NCBI GenBank assembly: GCA_010405405.1
Contig: MU004231.1
Coordinates: 608,153 to 672,152 of the forward strand
Source: Microthyrium microscopicum
Taxonomy: Eukaryota
Length of the DNA stretch: 64,000 nt
Direction of reading: 5' to 3'
Below, piece by piece: positions 37,351 to 50,301 of this stretch. A program made the translations under genes and the position numbers. How positions within the stretch are numbered: position 1 is the stretch's first letter; every line of letters starts with the position of its first letter. The notes beneath the pieces were generated by a model that was not told the origin of the DNA, searched no databases, and was given only the letters and a program-made list of their open reading frames with translations.

Positions 37351-37589
37351 CCGTCATGTTCGAGCCTCACGGGTTCTAGCTATTTGGCGTTTTTTGTGGC
37401 TTCACAATTCACAATTTCTATACCACATTTTGAAAACGAGGCGTTGAAGTGCTTGCTTTGACTGTTACTTAGCTATAATAAGTTTAGTTTTTACACATTT
37501 TAGACGCCTCTTGGACGCCCCACAAGCCATCTGGCAAAACCCAGCACGCTCACTGGGGACCTAGAACCCGTGAGGCTCGAACATGACGG
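37351..37589. mobile_element. MITE (Tc1/mariner-type), 239 bp, 29-bp perfect TIRs, TA target-site duplication
   Basis: TA|CCGTCATGTTCGAGCCTCACGGGTTCTAG (37351-37379) ... CTAGAACCCGTGAGGCTCGAACATGACGG|TA (37561-37589); non-coding interior. Confidence 0.88.
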
Positions 37590-39076
37590 TAGCGCCACCG
37601 AGGTGGTTATTAGTGGTTATCACCTGTGTTCCGACTCCCCGTTTTCCATATTGTCAGCCCTTGATATTATCATGCATAATCAGTCCAACACCAGGCCCTG
37701 CCCGTGAAAACAAGTTATAGATGAGTTGGTCAAGATCTTTCGCCAAGGATGACAAGAGATTGCCATCAACGGTGGGCAATATGGGTGGCGTGCTGTCGGT
37801 GAATACAACTTTTACCATTAACATCGCTGCATCTTGGAAATTGCTGGATGCAATAGCAGCTGTTTACCATTGATGTAACTGTAGCCGATGTACGGTTTGC
37901 TAAGGTATTTACGTGCTATACAAAACTGGCACTCTCAACCGGAAGGCAAGTATGCTCGGTTGAATGTGCCTTCCAGTTGATACTTTGTCTTCTCGTCTGA
38001 AAACCTCAAGGTCAACATCATTTTTAATATTTACAATTTACGTATCGCTTAACATGACTTTTTCAAAGTATAGCCTGAAAACATACTTTTCTGTCCGTAA
38101 ATCTGTGGTTGTTGACTTCAGACATTATGATGAACCTAAGATGGACCATGAATTTCCAAGGTAATTGTGCGCTGGTAGCGAGTCTATATTGCAGTTCTCA
38201 GCTGATACAAACAGTCAAGAGATTTTAAAGCAATATATCACCTATGGGAGCTGAAAGCGCGAACGAACTATCTAAATAGCCTAAGGAGTTTGTGCTCTAT
38301 AAGATAGATGGCCCGGAGGACGATGAGGTGAAGTTACAATAACATTATTCTCCCCTGTTTCAATAAGTACTTCCAGCAAACTTTAAAAGCTGTATAAACA
38401 CTTAGTAAACACCGCCGCTGCGAACAGTCAGAGAAACAGTGTTGTTTCAAGCAAGCGACCCGGGTCGGTGGATGCCGATCGCCCATGTTAATGTTCAGTA
38501 ATCGCTGGCCTTTCTTAAATACCTTTGTGACCTTTTTCTTTACAATATTGTGTTATAAGATGCTCCATCTATTGAGACTTGCTGCTATGTCGTGTAGTAC
38601 TCATTGAGTGAAACTTTTGCCTATGTCTTTCTTTTTTGCTTCCTGCAATATGTTTCATCCCAAGTTAGGATTGCCGAGTTTCAAGACAAGTCAGTCATTT
38701 AACATTCGCGGAAGTGGCCCCATTTTGCTGTTATAAGATATCTGAAAGAAGTAATCTCAAATGGTCATAGTCCTGACAATAACACTAAGGACCACACGAG
38801 ATCTTCCAAAGAAGGTCTTGTCGTATGACGGACTAAGCCGCACCTGTACCTGAGGGCTTTCGGACGTGTTCACGGATATCGTCCAGTTTACTTACTATAG
38901 ATAGCCCATCTGCCGGGGAAAAAAGGTAGATCTAGGGCATGTTCTTCGCACAAAAGAGCCTCGTAATGAATTCTACTCTTGGAGCCTCAAGGTATCTTAT
39001 AGAAATAGAAAGTGATCCAACTCTTTGACAGATTCCGTCGTGTGAACCTGTGATTCTTCCCATCCTCATCGGCAAA

Positions 39077-39985
39077 ATGACTTCTAGATTGCATTTGTTA
39101 GTTCTTCTACACTCTCAAATCACAATATCTCTGGCAGCATGTCAACGTTCAACGCTTCAGCAGGCCTACGATAGCCTTTTCCAGGAGGATAAGCCATCAA
39201 TTTCATCTCTCAAGCTTGCATCAAATGTCAAAATCTCAAGCAACAACGTCGCCATCACTTCTCTTCAACAATCTCCATTCGTGAACTACACAGGATATGC
39301 GAAGCCCATTCGCATCACTGTTTTGGACGAGGAAAAGTGTACAGTGGCTGTCTTCAGCGCACCCAAGAACGTGGATGGCACCACAAATATCCTTAGTACA
39401 AGAATGACACTCAATCCAACTGGTGAAATCGCTGAGCTCGAGACGTTACAGCCAACCAGCCTATTCACGTTACCAAGCTTTCTACCTGATCAAGTCAATA
39501 CAACATGGACAGCCTCCAGCACTGCCTCGCGCGCTGATATTCAGAAAGTGATCACATCCTACCCTGATGGCATTGCACTGGGTGATGGAAAAGATGTCCC
39601 CGTCGCTAGTACATGCACTCGATATGAGAACGGATTCGCAATGCCACTAGCTTGCAATGGCGTCTTCTGGTTGTTCCAAACCAACATCAGTCAAAGAAGA
39701 TGGTACATCGACACGAAGACTGGAACCGCGCTTGGAAACTTTGTGTTTGATCAATCCAAGTATCCAGCAGGCTTGCTCCCTCAGTTGTGGCTACACGAAT
39801 ACTTCAAGGTCGACCAAGGCAAGATCTTTGAGATCTTTGCCGCTATGGAATCGCAGTATCCTGATCCTATTTATAAGGACATATGGGGTCCCAAGGTAAG
39901 ATTTTCTCGTGGGGCTACTTCTAAGAACACTGCTCTTTCGTGACTTACGCTGATCATTGCCAAGGGAAAATTTGGATCGAACTAA
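39077..39985 (+). CDS. Secreted protein of unknown function, possibly NTF2/SnoaL-like folds (intron 39896-39964)
   Basis: Signal peptide-like N-terminus ending ISLAAC; CTRYENG...C, RRWYID, HEYFKVDQGKIFEIFA. Confidence 0.7.
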
Positions 39986-40369
39986 TCTCCTCTTAATGGA
40001 CGTAATCTAGATATCTAGAGAGTCATTGTCAGCTAGAGTTAGACAGAAATGAACCTAGGGGGCGATCAGAAGAAAGGCAGCAGCTAGACGTAATGCGCAT
40101 CAGTCAGAATGACAAACCTACACAAGCTGCAACTTCCCTGCGAATGCATACAGTACCAGCTGCTGAGGATTTAATATCCATTCTGTAGGATTACTGAGAT
40201 ACAGTATATATGTCCAGTTTGACGGCGATTCGAAGTGTAACTGTAGAGTGTGTATAGTCTCATGAAAGACACAAAATCACTTCTTCTCGGACAAGCTTCG
40301 TAGATAATTCAAGAATTTGTTGCTGGCTTTGCATGCGTTCGAGAACAATCCTAATCTGTGTTTCAAGTC

Positions 40370-41164
40370 TCATCCTCCGGCTTTTGTGTAAGCTTCGCCG
40401 TACGCCTCATACCACTTCCCAACCATTTCTTTGCCCATGCCAGCTGGACAAGTATCCTTGTCAGCCTTCCACCCATCCACAATCTGCTCCATGAATTCGG
40501 AAATGCTCAGCGCAGCATCATTACCATGTTCCTTTTTGTTATCATCCGGATCCTTCCTCTCCCGGTGAAGAGCTGTCTCAACTGTTGGAGGGACAATTTC
40601 CACAACTTTGATTTTGCTATCAGCTTGATGAAGTTGAGATCGGAAATTCGCAGTAAAGGAATGCAGCCACGCTTTTGTGCCGTTGTATACCGGATTAACC
40701 AGACTGAAGGGTATGAACCCGAGGACAGAAGATACATTCATGATAACGGCGCCGTTTGAGAGGCTGTTGAAGTGAGGAACCAGGCTAACGCAAAGGTGAA
40801 GCGGACCACGGATATTTATGTCAATTTCTTGATCTGCCTTGCTCAAGTCGAAATCGTAATCAGGCCCTAGTATTTGGAATGGTCGCTGGACTCCAGCATT
40901 GTTGATCAGGCAGTCGAGTTCTGGATGTTTAGAGACAATATCTTTCACGAACCCGGGAATAGATGTAACGTCTCCAACGTCAAGCACATAGTAGGCTTTG
41001 GCTCCAATTTCGGAAGCTGTTTGTTTTAGGCTAGATTCGGTTCGTCCTGCGATGATGACTGATTTGCCCATTTTGATGAGTTCTTCAGCCATTGCTCTTC
41101 CTATGCCGCCCGCGCCGCCAGTGATTAGAGCACATTTGAAAGAAAGAGTTGAAACAGGTGCCAT
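40370..41164 (-). CDS. Short-chain dehydrogenase/reductase (DltE-like)
   Basis: TGGAGGIG, INNAGVQ, NVSS, YNGTK, VVEIVPPTV. Confidence 0.92.
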   Translation of the reverse strand: MAPVSTLSFKCALITGGAGGIGRAMAEELIKMGKSVIIAGRTESSLKQTASEIGAKAYYVLDVGDVTSIPGFVKDIVSKHPELDCLINNAGVQRPFQILGPDYDFDLSKADQEIDINIRGPLHLCVSLVPHFNSLSNGAVIMNVSSVLGFIPFSLVNPVYNGTKAWLHSFTANFRSQLHQADSKIKVVEIVPPTVETALHRERKDPDDNKKEHGNDAALSISEFMEQIVDGWKADKDTCPAGMGKEMVGKWYEAYGEAYTKAGG

Positions 41165-41878
41165 ATTGGATGAAGCCTTGAAATTGGGTTTGAACGTCAA
41201 GTTGAGTCCTAGAATTGCTCTTTGAAGTTACAATTTTGAAAACACTCAGAAGTTCCATGGTTGTCATCCAGTGAGGGATTTCTGCTACTACGTCAGAATG
41301 CGTCAATGAGAAGTCCCTCTTGTCCCTCTATGATTCATAAGTGGGGACACGAGGCTGATACCGACTTTCGTACCTGAGTACTTACTTACTCAGCAGCTAC
41401 AAAGTTCATAGTAACATGAAGATTTGATTCTCTGAAGCCTGAGAAGGCAAAAGCTATCTCTTCGCAGCGTTCTTAATCCGGAAACTACACAGTCCTAGTT
41501 CATAATTGCTTGCATGTGACAATGCTCACTTGGTTCAGAAGAACTTGGCGACTTTGCAAGGTGTTTCCTGGCAAGGGCAGTATAAGGCTGACCAGGGAGA
41601 TAATTTGCCTCTAAAATTCCCGATATGCCATGCACACGCACCGCTGGGCAAAATCTCATGCACCCCTGCAACTTCCCAAATGGGGATGCTTCGGCTGGGG
41701 CTACCCTACTGCAGGTGAGAATATCGTTTTTAGCTAGGGGTAGCTATGTTGCTAGTATCATACAGTCGCCTTCTTGATAAGCGGGTGGGGTTTATTTGTG
41801 AGAGTTGACTTCCTTAATAACCAGCAACCTGCTTACATATTTCCAAGCAATGTGGGAATTTGAGGTTCGAAATTCACT

Positions 41879-43544
41879 ATGCCTTCTCGTAAGAAGAAAA
41901 TAAAGCCCCCGCCAAACTTCTCGTTTGTTACCATTGAATACAAACAAAATCAAACCAGTTGGCGCCAAGTATATTCAGGAGCCGCCAGAAGTCAAGCTGC
42001 ATATTGGGGAGGAACCGGTAAACACGAGGAACGAACAAAGCGAGATGATGGTGTACAGCAGGGTGCTGTTAAGCCTAAGCCATCCAATGAACACGAATCG
42101 TGCTTTCCAGATATTGGGGAGCAGCATATACGAAGGAAGAACACCAGGAGTATAATCGTGCGCCACAATGCAGGAGCTCAGATTCCACGCCATATGGAGC
42201 CAGACAATCTACAGTATCTTCCATCAATTACAACCAGGGCGAGATCACCGGGCTCGACTTTTGCAACTGACCTGACCACATTCGAGTTTTGTGGGGAAGG
42301 CTTCATGAAACGATTCGTATTGCTTGATCATCCAGACTCTCCTATAATGTTTGACGCATGTGTGCTGCTTAGCTACGCTCATGCTATGGCTTTAACGGGG
42401 CACGGGTCGAAGAAGATCTTGTTTGAATTGAAAGGCCAGGTGATGCAACGCCTGACTGCAAGTATGAACTCTTCGGGCGGATTCCTAAACCCACGGGCTT
42501 TGATTGCTGTACTGGCGTTGGGATCACCAGTTGTCTCCTTGACCTCGCAAGATGTACCATATGGTCTTCCAATGTGGGAGTTTATACATACAACAGCAAA
42601 TCCCTCGAGCTTTTGCTGCCGTCCAGATTCAGCCGACAATGCAAAGAAAGGACATGGCGAGCAGTTGGTTCATCGTCAGGCCATGTACAAGTTCTTGCTC
42701 AGTGCCAAACAAGAGAGCGAGGACGTGGAGGGCCTGGAACTGATAAAATACGTATCGAATTGCGCCAATATGTATGTCGATTCCTATTCGTGGTGTAACG
42801 CCATGTCCTAACATGAAGAACAGATCCATGGCACTGGACGCCTCTAATTACGACAGCTCGTCTAATGGCATTGGCCGGTTGATGCAAGCAGCAGCTCCAT
42901 CTGGCAGTTGCTCTATCCCTGCCGAGTGGACTTCCCCTTTGACCTGTGATTGGGTGGACAGACACGCTGGAAGTAACACGGAAACTTATTTCGAGTCGCA
43001 GATGTTGCTCCTTGCAAGCTTAACCCACAAATGGTTCCGAACCTTTGTGGACGAAGATAGCAGAGAGCCCTCGCCAACGCCAGAACTCCTCCAGGAACGG
43101 GCGAGTCTCCGCCAGCAGATTGAGTTGTTTCCACCAGCAGCCAAGGACTCGCATTATGAACCGGAGGCGATGTACGAGTGCTGCAGGTGGGCCAGCGGGT
43201 TGCTTTTGGCAGTGCAAAGGCTGGGCCTTCCCATTAAGATTGCAAAAGACCATAGCTGGATTCAACCAAGACTCAGCAAACGTCTCCGAATGACCGACTT
43301 ACCGAGTCTCTGGGGAAGACATAGAGGACTTCTATTTTGGATCATTTCCAGCTGTCATTTCGTGACTTGGGGAACCTGCTTTCCTCTCTTGATGACGACA
43401 ATGCTGGCGAAGTTCACGCAGCAAATTGCAATGACCGATGATTGGCATGATATAGCTGTTGTCCCATTGAGAAGATTGAAGCTGTTTGAGAGTATTTGCT
43501 GTCGAGATGGTGAAAGTGGTGGAGGTGAAGTTGAGAAAGTGTAA
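41879..43544 (+). CDS. Fungal transcription-factor-like protein lacking a Zn2Cys6 cluster (1 intron, about 42771-42823)
   Basis: FSFVT...ARSQAAY N-terminal motif; helical region ending YECCRWA...LWGRHRGLLFWI, typical of fungal-specific TF-associated domains; divergent from the SDR. Confidence 0.6.
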
Positions 43545-43801
43545 AATGTTCTGAGGACAGGGGTTGGAGGAGGCTGGAAAGTGTATAAGCAGGGGTACAG
43601 AATAGCCTCATCGTGAAACCACTATCACCATCTTCTGCCACTCTTTGACCTCTACATACACTACATTGTCTGACTATCACTGTTCGAAGCTCGGAACAAG
43701 TCACATAGACATATTTCCAACTCAAGGTTGTCCCGGAATACCGCGATTAGCACTGCGTTAGCTCTCCTAGAGCTATCTACCTCTTCTATCGTTCCGAAAC
43801 C

Positions 43802-45442
43802 ATGACACGAAGCCGGAACCAGATGCCTCCCCCCAATCCAGCTCCCACAAGCTCGCAGCCCATACCTTTCCTCCCGAACCAATCTGGGCCCACTCTATTC
43901 CATCAGTACTCACAAGCCGGCCCCGAACCGTCGATTGAGAAGAAGTTTGCGAAGTTTGACCCGTCCAGGTACACCAAACCATTTCTCAATTTCCTCCAAG
44001 AGAATCCTACGGTCTTCCATGCCGTGAGGGGAATTGGAAAAGAGCTTGATGATAATGGATTTAAACGGCTCTCGGAGCAGGACCCCTGGGAACTAGAGAG
44101 TGGCGGCAAATACTACCTTGAGCGCAATGGAAGCAGTCTGATCTCATTTGTGGTGGGCAAGGACTATGTTCCAGGTGGTGGAGCGGCTATCATCGCCGGG
44201 CACATTGATGCGGTTACTGTCCGAGGTACTTTACTTTTCTCCTCATGTTTGACCTCACACTAAATGCGTACAGTAAAACCTATACCTAAACTTCGAACGA
44301 AAGCCGGATATGAACAATTAGGCGTTGCCCCATACGCTGGCGGCCTCAGTAGCACATGGTGGGATAGAGATTTGTCTATCGGAGGGCGTGTAATCGTTAA
44401 AGAAAACGGCAAGATCACATCCAAGCTGGTGAAGCTTCCCTGGCCAATTGCCAAAGTTCCAACCTTGGCCGTTCATTTTGGCGCGCCATCGCAGGGTCCA
44501 TTCAATCCGGAAACTCAAATGGTTCCCATCATTGGATTGGATCAGAAATCAACCTCAGAGAAAGAGGGCGAGTTTCAAGGAGCAAAGTTAGGTGGAGCTG
44601 GATCTTTTGCGGCTACGCAGCCACCCCGTCTCGTTAAGGCTATTGCTGGTGAACTCAATATTTCCGACTACAAGTCCATCGTCAACTGGGAACTCGAGCT
44701 GTTTGACTGTCAACCAGCTCAAACTGGAGGATTAGATCACGAGTTTATCTTCGGGGGCCGACTAGATGATAAGCTTTGTAGCTGGGCTGCCATACAAGCA
44801 CTCATCAACTCCACCAAGTCATCATCTGTTGTGGCAAACTCAACAACAACTGCTGCAGACAAGTCCATAAAGATCGCCGCACTATTCGATGATGAAGAGA
44901 TCGGTTCTTTGCTGCGCCAAGGAGCTCGAGGCAACTTCCTGCCAGGCACCATTACCCGTATCAACGTCTCTCTCAAGTCTACCAGCTCCGCAAACACAAA
45001 TCTCGAGGCAGCCAATGCCTTGACGTTTGCCAACAGCTTCCTGGTATCAGCCGACGTCACTCATGCTGTCAATCCAAACTTTCTCGACCAATATCTCGAA
45101 AATCACGCACCAGAGCTCAATGTCGGCATTACTGTGGAAGCAGATCCCAATGGCCATACCACCAGCGATGCCATTTCAACTGCCTATCTCCAAAGTGTCG
45201 CAGAGAAGTGTGGAGCGACATTACAGGTCTTCCAGATCCGTAATGATTCACGCAGTGGCGGAACCGTTGGTCCAATGCTTAGTGCTGCACTGGGTTGCAG
45301 AGCCGTTGACGCAGGAATTCCACAACTAAGCATGCATTCGATTCGCGCAACTACAGGCTCCCTAGATCCAGGTCTGGGAGTTCAGCTATTTCAGGGCTTT
45401 TATGAGTCATTTGAAGATGTCAACGCTGAATTCAAGGAATAA
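43802..45442 (+). CDS. M18 aminopeptidase (vacuolar/aspartyl aminopeptidase-like), 1 intron
   Basis: NPTVFHAV, AGHID, WWDRDLSIGGRV, RLDDKLCS, FDDEEIGS, SADVTHA, QLSMHSIR. Confidence 0.93.
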
Positions 45443-45543
45443 GTATTATATCCGAAAGTTACTTCAGTATTAACTTCAGCATGTACAATACGAGACCTAT
45501 CAAGAGGACTTTGCCGCTATAAAATGACATGACTCCAACAACC

Positions 45544-48000
45544 TCACCTAAAGTAACTCATTCTTTGCCCCATGGAATTCCAATTCGTACTGTTATTACG
45601 AGCATGGCCATTGGTGTTTCCAACAGCCGTAACGTCAGAACGCAGGGTCATATTCGACATCATCGCACCCGCTGATAGGTTTCCCATTGCCCGTGTACCT
45701 CCACCAAAGTTCCTAGACTTACTCATCGCCGGTACATTGAGTGCGCCATCAGTGTTATTCGAGTAATCAGGTGCAGGCGCAGTTGCAGCTTGCCATTCCA
45801 CCTGAATCGGGTTATCTTTGGATATCTTCTGCCCATCAAACCAGAGCTCGAAAGTTAGGTCAGCTGCACCAACAACGACATTGATATCATAGTTGACACG
45901 ACGATATTTCTTGCCTCTGTTCCACCAGTGCCTGTTTTTCTGATGGAGTGTGAGTACAAGCTTGTGAGAATGGTGAGTTTTATGCTTACTAGTTTGAATT
46001 TGTCCTCTGGAACTTTTGTCAGGTCGCTTATTACATCACACATAGTCTCGACATCTTAAAGCTTCAAGTCAGTATCTCTCTAGCATAAACGCAACGGCCT
46101 GGCTTACTTTGAGAGTGTATGTTATAGGGGAGCTGCCATGCCTCCGCGTGGGAAACTAGTACACTGGTCGGGAAAGATCGTCTCGTAATATCTTGCTATA
46201 TCGAATTAGTCCACAGCTCTCGACCCAATTCGCGGTATATCATGAAAGTAGGAACCTACCGGCTTCAGTTTTCTTTTGAACGGTCTGACTTCGGTATTAG
46301 TATAATATTGACTTGGTTGGATATTTTCTCACCTTGTCACAGGCGTGTCCGAATTCACCGGCTCTCCTTTCCGAATGAACCATTCAATCGCTTGAGTGAC
46401 ATACATCTTCCCATCCAGAGGGTCTAGTGTTGGTGTCACAGCACCTCGATGGTTCGGGTTGGACTGATCATACTCGATCTTGCAAAGCGTGCCATAACTG
46501 GCTCTCGCACAGCGCCAGTTGAGCACTCCTTGCCCACTACTGACTTTGCGTACTCGATCGTGAACAACGCCTTTTGCCACGGCCAGCTGTGGTTCTGGAG
46601 CAACGTGTAATTGTATACCACGTGCGGCTGCAAAATTCGTCATGCCGTATGCGTAGCGAGCCCTGAGTTTCTCTTGTACATATGCAGAGTTCCCTAGTCC
46701 TCCGGACAGGATTAGGTGAGTTATCAATTGACCCGGAGAATTTTGTTCGAAGCGTATCAGTTGGCGGTCGATGAGTTCAAACAGTCGCTGGATCTGTACG
46801 TCGAAAAGACCTCGCATGTCCGCTTGGGAGAGCTGCATAGCGGCCGCAGAGATGCCGTAAGGATCGTTCGCATAATTTGGTGAAATATCTGGCACCGGCA
46901 CCAGAAAGAATGGTACATCGTCGCGAGAGCCATGGTCACACTTGTTGTTGAGGTACTCGCGAGACTTCATCATTAGCCATGCTGCGTCCTCGAGATCGAT
47001 GCCCATTGGAATGCTCTGGTTAGCTGCGCGTAAGCGATCTAGCACAAGGGCTTCGAAAGCTTCGTCAATCTTGACAGAGCCAATGTTTCGCCCTTCGACG
47101 ACGTCCAGTTGTCGTAAGGATGGCGGACCATAAGAAATGCTCTCCACTTTCAGGACGGACAGATCTGTAGTGCCACCGCCCACATCACAGACGAGGAGGT
47201 TCTCTCCCTCTCTAAAGATTCCTGGTGCCTCAACAGATGTCGCAACAGCCGATGCCTCAGCTTCAGTCAAGCCAACCTGGATAGAATGTGTAGGATGATT
47301 GCTAAACCCAGCGTTCACTAGAATCGATCGGAACCTCTCAACTGTGTTGTGCTGCCATGTCGTGGGAACACTAAAGATGAACTCGATCAGCGCGGTCGAC
47401 CATACTTTTGGCGCCGGTATCTCTTGGCTGAGCTTGAATTCGATATGCTTGTATAGCTCTGACAGATAGTCTCTAAACCATCTTTCCACTTCGTCTATCG
47501 ATGCGGGCGCAATTTGGGGATCGCGTGCCTGGAGACTATGGAGCAAGCCTTCATCCAGGTACACTTTGAACCAGTCGACGTACATGCGGTCGGCATTGTT
47601 CTGTTCGAGCCTACTCTCCGAATTGAAGCCCCAACTGGTGACTTGGCCGTCTTGACGAGAGTAGACTATGATCGTAGGGACTTTGTTTTCGTTCGCCTGT
47701 CCTCTGCCTAATTTGAAACATTAGAGCCTGGCCCAAGAACGCGTGCTAACATGATCGGCGCATAAGATCTCCTATCTTCAAACGCCTCAAGAATGCGCTG
47801 TCTGCTTAACCTGCACCAACGTTATGGAAACTCACCAGGCCATTTCTGAACAGTCCGTACAATATCTCCTCGAGCAAGGTTAGCGTACGCGACTCCCGTA
47901 CATGTCACTGTTGACTGTTAGCATCTCGTCAGGCTGAGGCTGAATATCACTGACTTCCAAAATCAATCCCCACTACCAAATCTGCTTTCATTCCACTCAT
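45544..48000 (-). CDS. Atypical Hsp70-family (HSPA12-like) actin-fold ATPase, multi-exon
   Basis: Spliced VGIDFG|MTCTGVAY, KWPG, ENKVPT, FSVPTTW, LTEAEASA, CDVGGGTTDLS, LSGGLGNSAY, SYG. Confidence 0.85.
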
Positions 48001-48850
48001 GATTACTGACTGTCTCTAGAGCTCTATAAGCTCTCAATATTAGAAATATCAGAAAAGCGTCGATATCTTCCACAGTGTCTCCGAGGGCGAGTAGCCCAAG
48101 AAAAATATTTTATGAAAAGGTTGGTTCTAGCGTGTTTCTCAGCCTGACGAAGAATCACAGTCGGATTGATCTTTCAGCCGGCGATGTGGAAAGATCAGCG
48201 TAATCACAAAAAACACCGTTAAATGAGGGACTGGGCTTGTCTGGAAGAGGCTCGACCCACGGCACGATAAACGCTCAGGAAAAGCGAAAACAGAGTTCAT
48301 GCATCATAATTCAAGCTCCCGCGAATGGACATTGGAGAAGTCACACAGCCTGACGGACTATTTATCTTCTTCGACTTGTAAAGAAACGACAGATGGCTTA
48401 ATATAGATTATTGGCTCAGGTGACATTACTCTTAGTTCCCCTCTCGGTTATTGGCTTTCTGTATGCACATAGCTGCATGTTCTGGGCTTGGGATGCATGG
48501 CAGTATGTTCACGGTTGCATGCATGGCTTCGATTTCAAAAGAGGTGAGGATATAATGATTCGACTGGGCGCAGCACTCATCATTTTATTGGGCCTCTGCA
48601 ATCAGCCTATGCATGAGGGCTTTGTAAACTGCACAGGCGTACGGGAAGAAAATGTCAGAAACAAATTTAAAGGATAGGTAAGAGAGGAAAGGTACAACAC
48701 TTCAGCCACACAAATAGGCTTGCAACTCTCCTCACTGTTCTCCTATTCACTTTCGACTTCATCCAAAATCTGTTTTACTGCTAACAACACTCTACTTCAA
48801 CCAGCGTGTGACTGGTAATTGTCTCTCATACAACTGTTCCCTTCATAGTG

Positions 48851-50301
48851 ATGGCTCTAATAGTAGCATTGCCTATGGGCGCGTGCGGCGACAACCAACC
48901 ACCAATTGCTTTAGAACTTCCAGTATTCCTGGAGACGTATGTCAGTCCATCTGCGTATGGAACACAAATACCTCACGGTACAAACAATGTAACAATCCCT
49001 TTAACAAATGATGGGGTAAAATTTCTCGAAAACCAGCAAGCCACCCCTAGGCTCAACTGCAATTCGGCACTGAACGGCATCCTCTTGACATTCACCAATG
49101 ATGGAGCACCTGCACCTTTCTCGAGCCTTGCTGTAGTACCTTCGAGCTCAACTACAAGCAGTGCGGCATCGTCAAGTTTTACCACCACAGCAATAGGTAC
49201 CTCCACCTCAACAAGTGTTTCCAGCATCACATCCGGAACTTCCAGTACCGCATCAACCCTTTTTCCCGCGGCATCCGGCGTGAACGCAACCATAAGCGGA
49301 TCAGCGCCTAAACAGAACAAAAATCTCTCTTCAGGAGCTGCAGCAGGCATTGGCATTGCATGTTTGGTTGCTGGCCTCGCAATTGGGGCACTCGCAATAT
49401 TTCTACTTTGCGGTCGCCGTAAGTCCAAAACACGACCTGGATACGCTGAAAGCAACTACCCGTCCACCGAGAAGGGAGCTGTAGCTAATGCACGCGAACT
49501 TGGCCCCGTTGGTGGTGTTGGCATCGTGGAGCGAAATCTACCCGATCCTATTGCCGACTCCGACATTTCTGCCCAATTCTCGAGACTCGAGGGCAGAATC
49601 GACGGCCATGTTGCCAGCTACTACGCGCAGAGCAATCCCATAGACCACGAAGCGACAGCACAGAGCATCTATTCATTGATCAGTGCCACGAGCCCATTGT
49701 CCGCAGCTCAAATAGCTTCATCATTGGAAAAGCCTCAGGGCCGGTTGGCTTTTCTCCGAGCTGCCATTGCACATATCTTGATCTCTCGCATGGACTTAGA
49801 GTCGGACCATAAGTCTTCTCTTTTGCCTGCCGGCGCTGCCGCCAGTCTTCAAGGAATGCCCAAGAGACAACAGAATGATCCAGGTTAGTCTTCACTATCC
49901 ATTAAAGGGTACACTCTGCTAACAAAGTGATAGTTCACAATTCAATCCTCCTCAAATGGCGCGCCATGACTTCGCACCTCATGGGCCTTCCTCATAATGA
50001 AGCAGTTGCATCCGAAGAGGCTATCAATGGAGCGGTCATGGATTGTGATAGAGTTATCGGCCAGTATGCTTCTCCTGCAAGCGACCAGCAAGCACGACTC
50101 CACAATCTAGAGGAAATTACGCGTCGTGCAAGTCGTGTTGCTGGTATGCTTTTCTCACAGCCGGCCATCTGGAGATTCGATTGGCAGAACGCTGGTCCAG
50201 GTCTGGTTGTATTCCCTGCTTTGGTCAAGGTTTCCGATGAACACGGAAACGGGCTGCAACAACCACACGTGTTTGAGCCTAAGAAGGTAGTCCAGATATA
50301 A
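48851..50301 (+). CDS. Single-pass membrane protein: Ser/Thr-rich ectodomain, TM helix, cytosolic helical domain (intron 49884-49933; 5' end uncertain)
   Basis: S/T tract; TM AAAGIGIACLVAGLAIGALAIFLLC followed by RRK; C-terminal LFSQPAIWRFDW...LVVFPALVKVSDEHG. Confidence 0.75.

Noticed and set aside
43802..45442. M18 aminopeptidase as the RiPP leader-trimming enzyme
   Set aside because: It lies 15 kb away, is separated by unrelated genes and looks like the conserved housekeeping vacuolar enzyme.
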